From an uncultured Verrucomicrobiae bacterium (GTDB taxonomy: Bacteria; Verrucomicrobiota; Verrucomicrobiia; Chthoniobacterales; UBA10450): 64,000 nucleotides of DNA. The notes under the pieces were generated by a model. The model had not been told where the DNA came from. It saw only the letters and a program-made list of their open reading frames with translations, and ran no database searches. Positions 38,526 through 47,667 of this stretch are shown one piece after another (within the stretch, counting starts at the first letter, position 1; each line of letters begins with the position of its first letter). The stretch lies in contig CAVTMK010000001.1 in NCBI GenBank assembly GCA_963735805.1, positions 320,001-384,000 of the forward strand. Direction: 5' to 3'. Made by a program: the position numbers and the translations under genes.

Positions 38526-40574
38526 ATGGCTGAAGAACGCAAAACGTTAGAGCAACGCGAGCAAATGACAGATCTGGAACGTCTTCGTCACTCAGCTTCC
38601 CATGTATTGGCGACGGCAATCTTGAAAATCTGGCCCGAAGCGCAGTTCGCCGCGGGGCCACCGGTGGAGACCGGTTTTTATTACGATGTCGATCTTCCGC
38701 ACCGCATTTCGCCCGACGATTTCGAAAAGATCGAGGCGGAGATGAAAAAGGAGATCAAAGCGAACCATCCGTTCGAGCGGGTTGAAGTCTCGCGCGATGA
38801 CGCGCTCGCGCTTGGGAAGAAAGGCCGGCTTGCCGCACTTGGCGAGCGACCCGAGCCAAGCAAATTCAAGCTCGATATTATCGAAAACATTCCGGCTGAC
38901 GAAAAGATCTCGCTCTATCGCAGCGGAGATTTCATCGATCTTTGCGCTGGGCCACACGTGATGCGCACGGGAAATATTGGCGCATTCAAGCTCACGAGCG
39001 TTGCAAGCGCCTACTACAAAGGCGACGAAAAAAATCCGCAACTACAGCGCGTTTACGGTACCGCCTTCAAGACCAAAAAGGAACTCGACGAGTATTTCGC
39101 CATGCTCGAGGAAGCGAAGAAACGCGATCATCGCAAGCTTGGCAAGGAACTCGAACTTTTCGTTTTCGATGATGATGTCGGCCCCGGTCTCCCGATGTTT
39201 TTGCCGCGCGGGGCAGCCATCGCCGAAGAACTAGAGAAACTGGCAAAGGAAACAGAATTCGCAGCCGGCTACCAACGCGTGCGGACTCCGGAAATCGCAC
39301 GAGAGAGTCTCTACAAAAAGAGCGGCCACCTTCCCTACTACGCTGAATCGATGTTTCCGCCGATGACTTTGCTCGAGGAGAAGCATCGCAAAATTCTTGA
39401 GAATCTGAAGATCGCGCGTGTCAGCTTCTCAGCGAGTTTTGATGCAGCAAGTGAACGAGCTTGGCAAGACATACAAGCAGAACTTGCCTTGCCGGACGTT
39501 GACGAGGCTAAGCGCCAAAACATCAGTGAACGAATTGGACTGTTGAATCCGGTTCAGGATGAAGACCGCGCGGAGCTCGCGCGCATTGATGCAATGATTC
39601 AAACAGTTGGCGACAACTACTACCTCAAAGCGATGAATTGTCCGCATCACCACAAGTTATTCGCAGCGCTGCCTCGCAGTTATCGAGATCTGCCGCTGCG
39701 GCTCGCGGAGTACGGGACCGACTATCGGTATGAGAAAAGCGGCGAGTTGTTCGGGCTTATGCGGGTGCGCTCGCTGCACATGAATGACGCACATATCTAC
39801 TGCACCCCAGAGCAGTTCGAGGCGGAGTTCAACGCGGTGAACGAGATGTATCTGAATTATTTTAAGTTGTTCGGGATCGACAAATATCTAATGCGTTTCT
39901 CAACACATGATCCTTCGAAGCTCGGACAGAAGTTCGTCAACGAACCTGAGCTTTGGAAACAAACTGAAGAGATGACTCGGAATGTACTGAAGAATTCCGG
40001 AATCAATTATGTCGAAGTGCCTAACGAAGCGGCGTTTTACGGCCCAAAGATCGACGTGCAAGTCTGGAGCGTAATTGGACGGGAGTTCACGCTCGCCACT
40101 AATCAGGTCGATTTCGCGCAACCGCGCAATTTTGATCTTCGTTACAAAGACCGCGACAACACCGAAAAGATCCCGATCTGCATCCATCGCGCGCCGCTCG
40201 GTACGCATGAACGGTTCATCGGATTTTTGATCGAGCATTACGCCGGCAATTTCCCGTTGTGGCTGTCCCCGGAACAGGTGCGCATTCTCACGATCGGCGA
40301 CGATCCGACGCTATTGGATTACGCGCGATCGATTTTGAAGGAACTGCGATCTCATCAAGTCCGCGCGGAAATTGACGGCAGCAGCGACAAGATCAACGGC
40401 AAAATCCAGCGTGCCGAACAAATGAAGGTCCACACCATGTTTGTGATCGGAAAACGAGACATGGAAGCCGGCGCGGTGAGCGTCCGCGTTCACGGCAAAG
40501 GCAACCTCGGCGCGAAGCCGCGCACGCAGGCAGTCGCCGAAATCCTGGACAGTGTCAAAGCGCGCACGCCGTAG
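38526..40574 (+). CDS. thrS: Threonine--tRNA ligase (no TGS domain; large catalytic-domain insertion)
   Basis: RHSASH, DLCAGPH, RDHRKLG, MNCPHH, AFYGPKID and HRAPLG motifs. Confidence 0.97.
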   Translation: MAEERKTLEQREQMTDLERLRHSASHVLATAILKIWPEAQFAAGPPVETGFYYDVDLPHRISPDDFEKIEAEMKKEIKANHPFERVEVSRDDALALGKKGRLAALGERPEPSKFKLDIIENIPADEKISLYRSGDFIDLCAGPHVMRTGNIGAFKLTSVASAYYKGDEKNPQLQRVYGTAFKTKKELDEYFAMLEEAKKRDHRKLGKELELFVFDDDVGPGLPMFLPRGAAIAEELEKLAKETEFAAGYQRVRTPEIARESLYKKSGHLPYYAESMFPPMTLLEEKHRKILENLKIARVSFSASFDAASERAWQDIQAELALPDVDEAKRQNISERIGLLNPVQDEDRAELARIDAMIQTVGDNYYLKAMNCPHHHKLFAALPRSYRDLPLRLAEYGTDYRYEKSGELFGLMRVRSLHMNDAHIYCTPEQFEAEFNAVNEMYLNYFKLFGIDKYLMRFSTHDPSKLGQKFVNEPELWKQTEEMTRNVLKNSGINYVEVPNEAAFYGPKIDVQVWSVIGREFTLATNQVDFAQPRNFDLRYKDRDNTEKIPICIHRAPLGTHERFIGFLIEHYAGNFPLWLSPEQVRILTIGDDPTLLDYARSILKELRSHQVRAEIDGSSDKINGKIQRAEQMKVHTMFVIGKRDMEAGAVSVRVHGKGNLGAKPRTQAVAEILDSVKARTP

Positions 40575-40576
40575 TC

Positions 40577-41062
40577 ATGCCTAACGACAGAAAAATAATT
40601 CACGTCGGGGCTGGCGAAGGCCACGCATTCTCTGCGGCGGGAGATGTTTATCGCATTCTGGCTTCGGGCCGGCAAACAGGAGACGTATACGCACTTCACG
40701 AGATTCGCGTCTCACCAAACAACGGGCCGCCTCCCCACATTCATTCTCGTGAAGACGAATCTTTTTTTGTTTTGGAAGGCGAAGTCGAATTCCACGTTGG
40801 TGACGAGAAGATCACGGGCCTGCCCGGCACGTTCATTCGAGGATCGCGAGGCATTGCACACAGTTTTAAAAACAACACGCAACTGCCGGCGCGCATACTA
40901 GTGTTTGTCACCCCGGCCGGATTTGAGAATTTCTTCCACGAATTTGCGCGACCAGTCGCGTCATTCGATTCGCCGGCGATACCCGTAAGCAAAGACGAAG
41001 TCGATAAACTATTGGCAGCAGCGCCGAAATACGGCCTTCAGGTTCTGTCGCCGAACAAATGA
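40577..41062 (+). CDS. Cupin domain protein (quercetin dioxygenase-like)
   Basis: GPPPHIHSREDE and AHSFKN motifs. Confidence 0.88.
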   Translation: MPNDRKIIHVGAGEGHAFSAAGDVYRILASGRQTGDVYALHEIRVSPNNGPPPHIHSREDESFFVLEGEVEFHVGDEKITGLPGTFIRGSRGIAHSFKNNTQLPARILVFVTPAGFENFFHEFARPVASFDSPAIPVSKDEVDKLLAAAPKYGLQVLSPNK

Positions 41063-41118
41063 GAGTCATACCATTTTCGTGATGTGGATGAACACCTCAT
41101 ATATCTTTTCAGTTTATC

Positions 41119-41712
41119 TTATTCTTTTTCTTCTCTGATTTTCTTCTTGCTAATGACTTGGAATTTTCCGTGTTCTTCGAAGCGGACGGTAAACTGAATC
41201 TTCGCGTCACCTGCGCCGCCTCGGAAAATTGAGAATTGCTCCAGCACTAAGGTCCCCGGCTTCACCCAGCGCAGCGGTTTGACGTACTCATTGCGGACGT
41301 CGCCACCGGGATCGATCCCGAGATATTCTGTTTTGAATTCTTCGAAGCGATCACCGGAACGCTGGCAGACACGGGTCTCGGTGACGCGCTGACCAAGCGA
41401 CAAAGCATAGGCGAACCATCTCGAGTCCTGAGACCATATGACTTTTCCCTGCAGACCGCCTTCTTGGTCGCTGAAGTCCAACACGACTTCCTCGCCGGGC
41501 ATCGCAATCAGTTCGAGTTTTCGCGTCGCTTCGGCAGGGATCTCGTCTCCGCTTTCAAGAAGCAGACTCGGGTCGTAGGCAATCCGCACCGCGAATCGTT
41601 TGTCCGGTGAGAAATTAGTAATCGTTTCGGCGGTTGGGATTTCCTCTGCAAGCGCCGATGCACAGGCGAAAAACAAAGCCAGGACCGAGGCGTTGCCGAT
41701 CGGTCGTCTCAT
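41119..41712 (-). CDS. Secreted hypothetical protein (SPD...WSxDS paralog family)
   Basis: Signal peptide; SPDKRF...WSQDSRW. Confidence 0.78.
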   Translation of the reverse strand: MRRPIGNASVLALFFACASALAEEIPTAETITNFSPDKRFAVRIAYDPSLLLESGDEIPAEATRKLELIAMPGEEVVLDFSDQEGGLQGKVIWSQDSRWFAYALSLGQRVTETRVCQRSGDRFEEFKTEYLGIDPGGDVRNEYVKPLRWVKPGTLVLEQFSIFRGGAGDAKIQFTVRFEEHGKFQVISKKKIREEKE

Positions 41713-41774
41713 AAGGGAGCAGGTTGAGAAATTCCCGCGTGGAGTGTCAAGCAATCTCCTGATAGGATCGGCTC

Positions 41775-42623
41775 GTGAAAAGCTTCCAGAGCGTCAGACC
41801 GGCAACGAAGTCGATCTTGTATGCGACATCACTGATGATGGCGAACCCGTTTCTCGGTGCGAAAGCTGACGTACACCCAATTGTTGAAGTCCAGAGCGGG
41901 TATCTATTCGGCGCGACCGCCGACGGTAAGTGGATCAAATCGGAAGAAGCGGCCAAAGCTATCTCCGGTAAAAGGACGTACGAAATCTACGGATTGACCC
42001 AGTCACTCGGCCAAGCCAAGGGAGGCAAGCCGAAGCCGGCAGAAGAAGAAGTGTGTTCAGACGTGTTGACAGTTTCGCTCTCACCAAAGCCAGAGAACGG
42101 CGTGATCGCGCTTGCTGCACCGTGGAACGCGTTGCCGCGAAAACCGCGCGTGATGGATACGATCCAGCAGGTGTATGTCGAAGCTGTTCGCGATTTTTTG
42201 AAAACCAAAGGGATCGAGGAACCGAAGGTCAAAATCGACAACATCATTCGCGTTGATTTGGATGGCGATGGCGAAGACGAAGTGTTGATCAGCACAACGA
42301 ATTACAAGGAAGAGGGCATGCCGATGAGATCTCCGGCTGGCAGTTATTCGATGGTACTGTTGCGGCGGATCGTCTCTGGAAAGGTGGAAACACAACTGGT
42401 GGAAGGAGAATTTTATCCGAAGGCTTACCAGAACGGCCCTCACGATGACGCGAGCTTCAACGCACCGAACGCTTACAAAATAATCGCGGTGCTTGATCTG
42501 GACGGCGACGGTAAAATGGAAGTCGTCGTCACGTCGCAATACTACGAGGGAGGAACAACGACCATTTATCGGTGCGATCCGAAAAAGGTTAAAGAGTTAC
42601 TTTCCGTTACCTGCGGAGTGTGA
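41775..42623 (+). CDS. Secreted hypothetical protein with two DxDGDG (FG-GAP/VCBS-like) calcium-binding motifs
   Basis: VDLDGDGEDEV and LDLDGDGKMEV; signal peptide. Confidence 0.8.
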   Translation: MKSFQSVRPATKSILYATSLMMANPFLGAKADVHPIVEVQSGYLFGATADGKWIKSEEAAKAISGKRTYEIYGLTQSLGQAKGGKPKPAEEEVCSDVLTVSLSPKPENGVIALAAPWNALPRKPRVMDTIQQVYVEAVRDFLKTKGIEEPKVKIDNIIRVDLDGDGEDEVLISTTNYKEEGMPMRSPAGSYSMVLLRRIVSGKVETQLVEGEFYPKAYQNGPHDDASFNAPNAYKIIAVLDLDGDGKMEVVVTSQYYEGGTTTIYRCDPKKVKELLSVTCGV

Positions 42624-42802
42624 GCCAGCACGGCGCGAAATCCGGTGCGCCGCTCCTTGCGGTTTATGACGAATGGACAAGGAACGGCGGCGATTTTCCC
42701 GAAGGCAGCGAAACCGTTGCGATTGTGTTTGACGCTCAACACAAGGTTTCGATTCAATTAGGAATCTCAGCAGGCCTGCTGGGAACCAATCAGTATCCCG
42801 AT

Positions 42803-43588
42803 ATGAAAGTGAGTCGATTGATATTCACGCTTCTGTTGGCGTCGAGTATCGCTGTCGTTCAATTGGCCGCGCAACAAACCAATGCCGATCAAAAACCGAT
42901 TGACGAAGTCAAGGCGAAGGCAGAAGCAGGCGACGCAGAGTCCGAAGTGGAACTCGGTCTTCGCTACGACAAGGGCACAGGCGTGGTGAAGGATCATGTG
43001 GAGGCCGCGAAGTGGTATCGCAAAGCCGCCGAACAGAATCTAGCCAAGGCTCAATACAACCTGGGACTCTGCTACGGACACGGCGAAGGTGTGGTGAAGG
43101 ATCAGGTAGAGGCGGTGAAGTGGTTTCGCAAAGCCGCCGAACAAAATTACGCCGCGGCTCAATACAACCTGGGCGTCTGCTACCAACGGGGCGACGGCTG
43201 CCGCGACGGCGTGGCGGAGGATGATGTGGAGGCGGTGAAATGGTATCGCAAAGCCGCCGAGCAAAATTACGCCGCGGCTCAATACAACCTAGGCGTCTGC
43301 TACGATCGGGGCGACGGCGTGGCGGAGGATCACGTGGAGGCCGCGAAATGGTATCGCAAAGCCGCCGAACAGAATGACGCCGATGCGCAATACAATTTGG
43401 GCATCTGTTACGAACGGGGCGACGGCGTGGCGGAGGATTGGGTCGAAGCTTACAAGTGGCTGTTGCTGGCAGCGAGGCAAGGCCATGAGACTCCTAAGGA
43501 GCACATGACCTTGCTGGAAAGTAAGCTGCTGACGCCGGAGCAGGTTGCGCAGGGACAAAAGCGGGCGCGCGAGTTCAAGCCACGCTAG
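42803..43588 (+). CDS. Secreted Sel1-like repeat protein
   Basis: Five ~36-aa AQYNLG.CY..G.GV..D.VEA.KWYRKAAEQ repeats (108-bp DNA repeats); signal peptide. Confidence 0.95.
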   Translation: MKVSRLIFTLLLASSIAVVQLAAQQTNADQKPIDEVKAKAEAGDAESEVELGLRYDKGTGVVKDHVEAAKWYRKAAEQNLAKAQYNLGLCYGHGEGVVKDQVEAVKWFRKAAEQNYAAAQYNLGVCYQRGDGCRDGVAEDDVEAVKWYRKAAEQNYAAAQYNLGVCYDRGDGVAEDHVEAAKWYRKAAEQNDADAQYNLGICYERGDGVAEDWVEAYKWLLLAARQGHETPKEHMTLLESKLLTPEQVAQGQKRAREFKPR

Positions 43589-43637
43589 GTGGCGGTGACG
43601 ATCTTCATCAATAGGACTCTTTCTCCACACGGGAACA

Positions 43638-43746
43638 TGGAAATCGTCCCAGCCTCGAGCTTTTACGAAGGAGAAGCGACGACGATTTATCGTTGCGGTC
43701 CGAAAAAAGATTGAATCCTTACTTTCCGTCGCTTGCGGGGGGTAGA
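43638..43746 (+). pseudogene. Remnant copy of the 3' end of gene 41775-42623
   Basis: MEIVPASSFYEGEATTIYRCGPKK/IESLLSVACGG versus MEVVVTSQYYEGGTTTIYRCDPKKVKELLSVTCGV. Confidence 0.75.
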
Positions 43747-43940
43747 GCCGACACGGCGTCACGTTTCGTTACCGCATGCTTGTTCGGAATCCAGATAGCA
43801 AAACAAGGACTCGTACAAAAAGGAGCAAAGGAAACAAAGGTGGTATTTTGAGTTCAGGACTGATTGCGTCCGATGGGAACCACAAAGCCTCACTTCAGAG
43901 TGTCAGGGTTAGCCGAAAAGCGCAATCAGATGCCGAACTC

Positions 43941-44979
43941 TTACTCCGCGTAACGCTCGACGGCCAGGATTCGTGCTTGCGTGCTGTCTAGCATGTATTG
44001 CCAATAGCGACGTTCTGCTACTGATCTGCCGCCAGCTTGTTTGTAAAATGTCGCCCCGGCATCGCGTGTTTTGATCCACTGACGCTGATCTTCACGCAGA
44101 CTAGTTTGCTGGTCCTCGTCGAGCTTAGCCAAGATATCGTTGTAGGTTTTGTTGAGCTTGTTGTCCGCCTCTTCGTAGCGCTTCCTGAGTTCAGTTTCCG
44201 GCGGCAACTCAGCCAAGGGTTCTGCGCTAGCTGCTTCCGGAAAGATCGGCCTGCCGCTTTCTTCTTGGAAGAATGCTTTCCATCGGTTCCGTGCGTCTCT
44301 GTCGAGGCGCCGAAGATAGTCCGTGAGCTCAAGACGTTCGGTCTTGGTATTAAAATAGAGGTACCAAAGATAAATACCGTGGTTGCGTTCGTCGCCCACG
44401 CCGCCGCGAAGATCGACAAGTAGTCGAGCTGAGTCCGGACTCCACGCGACGAAATCAATGATCCCTTCATCTCCCTGCCGATATGGCACATCGTCAGGTT
44501 CGATGTGTTCCTGCCCGGCAAAGAATCGCCACGAAAGCTCGGCCAACCTTTGAGATTTAACCGGTTTGAATTTCAAGCCTTCGCCGCCATTGAATAATTC
44601 GCCGTCGCCCATGTGACTGCCGAGATGATAGGTGGCGAAAATCCAGCGTTCATCAGGCGAAATAAAATACTCCGCTGGCACGACCTGACGTTTGTCGCCT
44701 AACGGCTCGCGAATGTTTGGATCGGCAGTCGGAAACGACGTATTGCTGCTGGTACGGATCGATTGTCGGATCCTCGGCCGGAATGTACACGGTCTCGATC
44801 GTAAATGTTCCTTTCGGGCTGGTCTGTGGCGGCGGCCGTTCGATGCCAGGTGGGGGCGGTTGAGGTTCTGATTCGATCTTGAACGTCCCTTTAGGACTGG
44901 TCTGCGCTACAAGGACTCCATCGCTCCACGTTGCGCAGCAAAACACAACAAACAAGAAACCTGGCGATAGAACTTTCAT
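43941..44979 (-). CDS. Secreted protein (SPD/WSPDS family) with a C-terminal LprI (DUF1311) lysozyme-inhibitor-like domain; +1 frameshift near 44730
   Basis: ADNKLNKTY...LREDQRQWIKTRD LprI-like motif; the N-part (signal peptide, QTSPKGTF twice) joins on removing one base. Confidence 0.78.
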
Positions 44980-44992
44980 AATCGCGAAATCA

Positions 44993-45796
44993 TTATCGAT
45001 GGGTTTCCTGTGTGAGTAATCTGGTTGCTTGTTCAAGGTTCGCTCGGGTCGCTACCTTTTCCAGACCACGGTTCAGTTCGTCGTCAGACTTGGCACCGAG
45101 AGCGATGGATTCGTTGAAATCAGCGATCGCTCTTTGCAAATCCGCAATCCGAGAGGTCCGATCACTCGAAGCTTTTGCGCGGTGGAGATAAAGCATGCCC
45201 CGGTTCTGGTAAACAAATGGGGCAAACCGACCTTGCAGTTTGATCGCGTTCTCATAAAGCTTAAGCGCTTCATCATAATTTTTGGCTGCTTCGGCCTGCG
45301 CCGCCTTTATCGCGAGTCTCATATCGTCGGACTCGGCCGGCGCCGTAGCGTCATGTTCAGCCGAGGTTTGCTTGCTCCTGGCAGGAACGTTGTCGGGGTT
45401 AATATTAACAGACAATTGGATCGGCCATCCCGGGCGCGGTGGAGCAGGCAAACGTAAGTCACGCAATTTGGCGCCGACGCAGGCGGCCGCAGGTTGGTCG
45501 GGCGCAGTTAACACCTGTTCCACTTGACCATTGGCCGCAAAAACAAGAACAACCTCGAATTTTATTCGCGGCCCGGAGTCTTTAGTGCAAGCCCCCACCA
45601 CGTCACTCAGTCGCGGCGCAACAACCTTTGAGAATTCGACGTCGTATGCCTTTCCCTGATCCGTCTCTTCGAGATGCTTCGCCTCGGCTAAGGCCTCGGC
45701 AAAGGACATCTCACCAGCCTGTGCTCTGATTGAAATCAACACGGTTGGTAGCCCAGCGATCGTGAGAGCGATAATAAGTCTGCGGAGAGGCCTCAT
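44993..45796 (-). CDS. Secreted hypothetical protein with a C-terminal TPR
   Basis: Signal peptide; YQNRGMLY...AIADFNESI. Confidence 0.75.
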   Translation of the reverse strand: MRPLRRLIIALTIAGLPTVLISIRAQAGEMSFAEALAEAKHLEETDQGKAYDVEFSKVVAPRLSDVVGACTKDSGPRIKFEVVLVFAANGQVEQVLTAPDQPAAACVGAKLRDLRLPAPPRPGWPIQLSVNINPDNVPARSKQTSAEHDATAPAESDDMRLAIKAAQAEAAKNYDEALKLYENAIKLQGRFAPFVYQNRGMLYLHRAKASSDRTSRIADLQRAIADFNESIALGAKSDDELNRGLEKVATRANLEQATRLLTQETHR

Positions 45797-45803
45797 ACTT
45801 CTG

Positions 45804-46553
45804 CTAATCGCGCGAATTTTCACTTTTCTGCGAAGTCACTCCCGATACCTTTTTTTTTGACGTGAACTTTGCCTGCGCAATGTCCCAAACCGCCTTCAGC
45901 TGCGCCGACCATCTATGCTCGGAGAGCCCTTTGGGGTCAGTCGTCGCCTCGCCATTAATTACCACGCGATTGCTGCCGTCGAGCTTGAACACGGGGCCAT
46001 CCTCCGCGTCAAAAATAAAATCGAAAACGTCGTTGTAGGGTTCGGCTTTTGACTTGCGGTAACCCGGCAACAATAGATCGTGTGCCTTCGCGAGAAGGTT
46101 CGTCGTTCGAGCCAGCTTACCATCGTGGAATTCCAGTAGAAACACGTCGTGCGGACCCCACTTGCCATCGAGCGTAACCAGCGCGACCGAGCTATCATCC
46201 GACCATTCCGCGCTCACGCCACCATTACTCTCATGTTGGAAGTAAGGATACTTCGTTGGTAACTCGCCCAGGACAGTAAACGGCTGCAGCGCGACAATGT
46301 AGTTTTTGACGCTCTCCGGATGATTTGCATTCTCCGCAGCTTCATCTGCTTCTAGCGTCGGATAGATGAAAGCGACTTTTTTGTCCGGCGAAATCGTGCC
46401 GGCGGCTACTAAATAGTTTTTCGCGTAATCTTCAGGCAACCCTGCTGACGAATCCTCTCCGGCAGCTTCCGATTCTTCATCAGCCGCGAGAATGGAAAAA
46501 CCGCAGCCGATGGCGCAGCCGACGATTGCGACAAAGGTGAGAACTGTTCTCAT
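45804..46553 (-). CDS. Secreted hypothetical protein (SPD...WSxDS paralog family)
   Basis: Signal peptide; ISPDKK...WSDDS. Confidence 0.78.
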   Translation of the reverse strand: MRTVLTFVAIVGCAIGCGFSILAADEESEAAGEDSSAGLPEDYAKNYLVAAGTISPDKKVAFIYPTLEADEAAENANHPESVKNYIVALQPFTVLGELPTKYPYFQHESNGGVSAEWSDDSSVALVTLDGKWGPHDVFLLEFHDGKLARTTNLLAKAHDLLLPGYRKSKAEPYNDVFDFIFDAEDGPVFKLDGSNRVVINGEATTDPKGLSEHRWSAQLKAVWDIAQAKFTSKKKVSGVTSQKSENSRD

Positions 46554-47233
46554 TGTTCGTTACCTCTCTCTTTGAGCTCCTTCTCTGACATCCTATGGGG
46601 TTTGACGATCTTCGAGTTCCCTTCCGCATCGAACTTCAATGTGAAAAGGAAAGTTTGTTTGCGTGAGTTTTGTCCAGTTGAGCCCCAATCAACGTAAACG
46701 ATCGCAGTATCGGCGTCGGTCCATTGACGCGCCTTTACGATATCAGGGATTGGATCGGTGCGGTCACCGCTTATCGATAGCTGCTTGACCAGTTTTGCAA
46801 ACGTCGCAGGCGCCGAGTCCACATCAATAGGCGATTGCAGCTGCGTCCATTTGTTATCGCGAAGCTGATAAAACGCGACTGTTTCGTAGGTGGTGTGGGG
46901 CGGATGTGGCGGAGTGTAATTGAAAGCAAACCGTTTCGAATCCGGCGTCCAAACGATCGTTGCGTCGCGACAATAAGGAACCTCCACGTCATTGGAAAGG
47001 TCCAGCGCCATATGATTCGTGTCCGCTTTCACGATCGACGACCAGAGCCCGTCGGTGCACCGATATCCCCATTGTTTGTCCGGAGAAAACCAAGTCGGGT
47101 GCGGTTGCGCTGTTGCCTCGGACGCTGTGCTCTCAGGAACTGATGATGGTATTTGCGCCGGCGATGGAGACTCCTGCGCATCGGAGGTAATGGCGCACAC
47201 GACAGCAAGCACGAGCAACAAGGGATGTCTCAT
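46550..47233 (-). CDS. Secreted hypothetical protein (SPD...WTPDS paralog family)
   Basis: Signal peptide; FSPDKQW...WTPDSKRF. Confidence 0.78.
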   Translation of the reverse strand: MRHPLLLVLAVVCAITSDAQESPSPAQIPSSVPESTASEATAQPHPTWFSPDKQWGYRCTDGLWSSIVKADTNHMALDLSNDVEVPYCRDATIVWTPDSKRFAFNYTPPHPPHTTYETVAFYQLRDNKWTQLQSPIDVDSAPATFAKLVKQLSISGDRTDPIPDIVKARQWTDADTAIVYVDWGSTGQNSRKQTFLFTLKFDAEGNSKIVKPHRMSEKELKERGNEQ

Positions 47234-47250
47234 TTGTTGGGTGTTAACGG

Positions 47251-47667
47251 TTACTCATTAACATTATCCAGGCCGGCAAATTCCCAGCCGCTCTTGGTCA
47301 ATTCAAAGATGAAGCGAATGGGTGCATTTTCCATGTCGTCCGGCGTTTCCTTAAAAGGGCAGTAGATCTCATACTGCCGGAGCGATTCTTTCCGCGGTTT
47401 GGCGCTTGCAAAACATTGAGCGGCATTGGCCTCGCCTTTGAAAACCTCATTATAACGGTGCAAAAAATCCTGCTTGTCCTTTACGGCTTTTACCGAATAC
47501 GGCATCGACAGCGGGAATTTTGTCATGTTCGCCACCATTACCTTATCGCCAGCAATGACAGCCGACTTGAATTTGTTCCAGAATGCCAAAAACTCGGTCT
47601 GCGCAAACGCCTCCGGCAGGAAGAACAGAATCAGAATTGCCACCACCCAAGTTCTAAAAGACTTCAT
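47251..47667 (-). CDS. Small secreted hypothetical protein (DUF4348-like)
   Basis: Signal peptide AFA/Q; FWNKFKSAV..GDK...FPL. Confidence 0.75.
   Translation of the reverse strand: MKSFRTWVVAILILFFLPEAFAQTEFLAFWNKFKSAVIAGDKVMVANMTKFPLSMPYSVKAVKDKQDFLHRYNEVFKGEANAAQCFASAKPRKESLRQYEIYCPFKETPDDMENAPIRFIFELTKSGWEFAGLDNVNE

Noticed and set aside
39366..39617. Intein in ThrRS
   Set aside because: Too short, and lacks the intein N-terminal block and the His-Asn/Cys-Ser-Thr C-terminal junction.
42517..43760. Diversity-generating retroelement TR/VR pair
   Set aside because: Mismatches are not adenine-specific and include synonymous changes; no reverse transcriptase is in the window.
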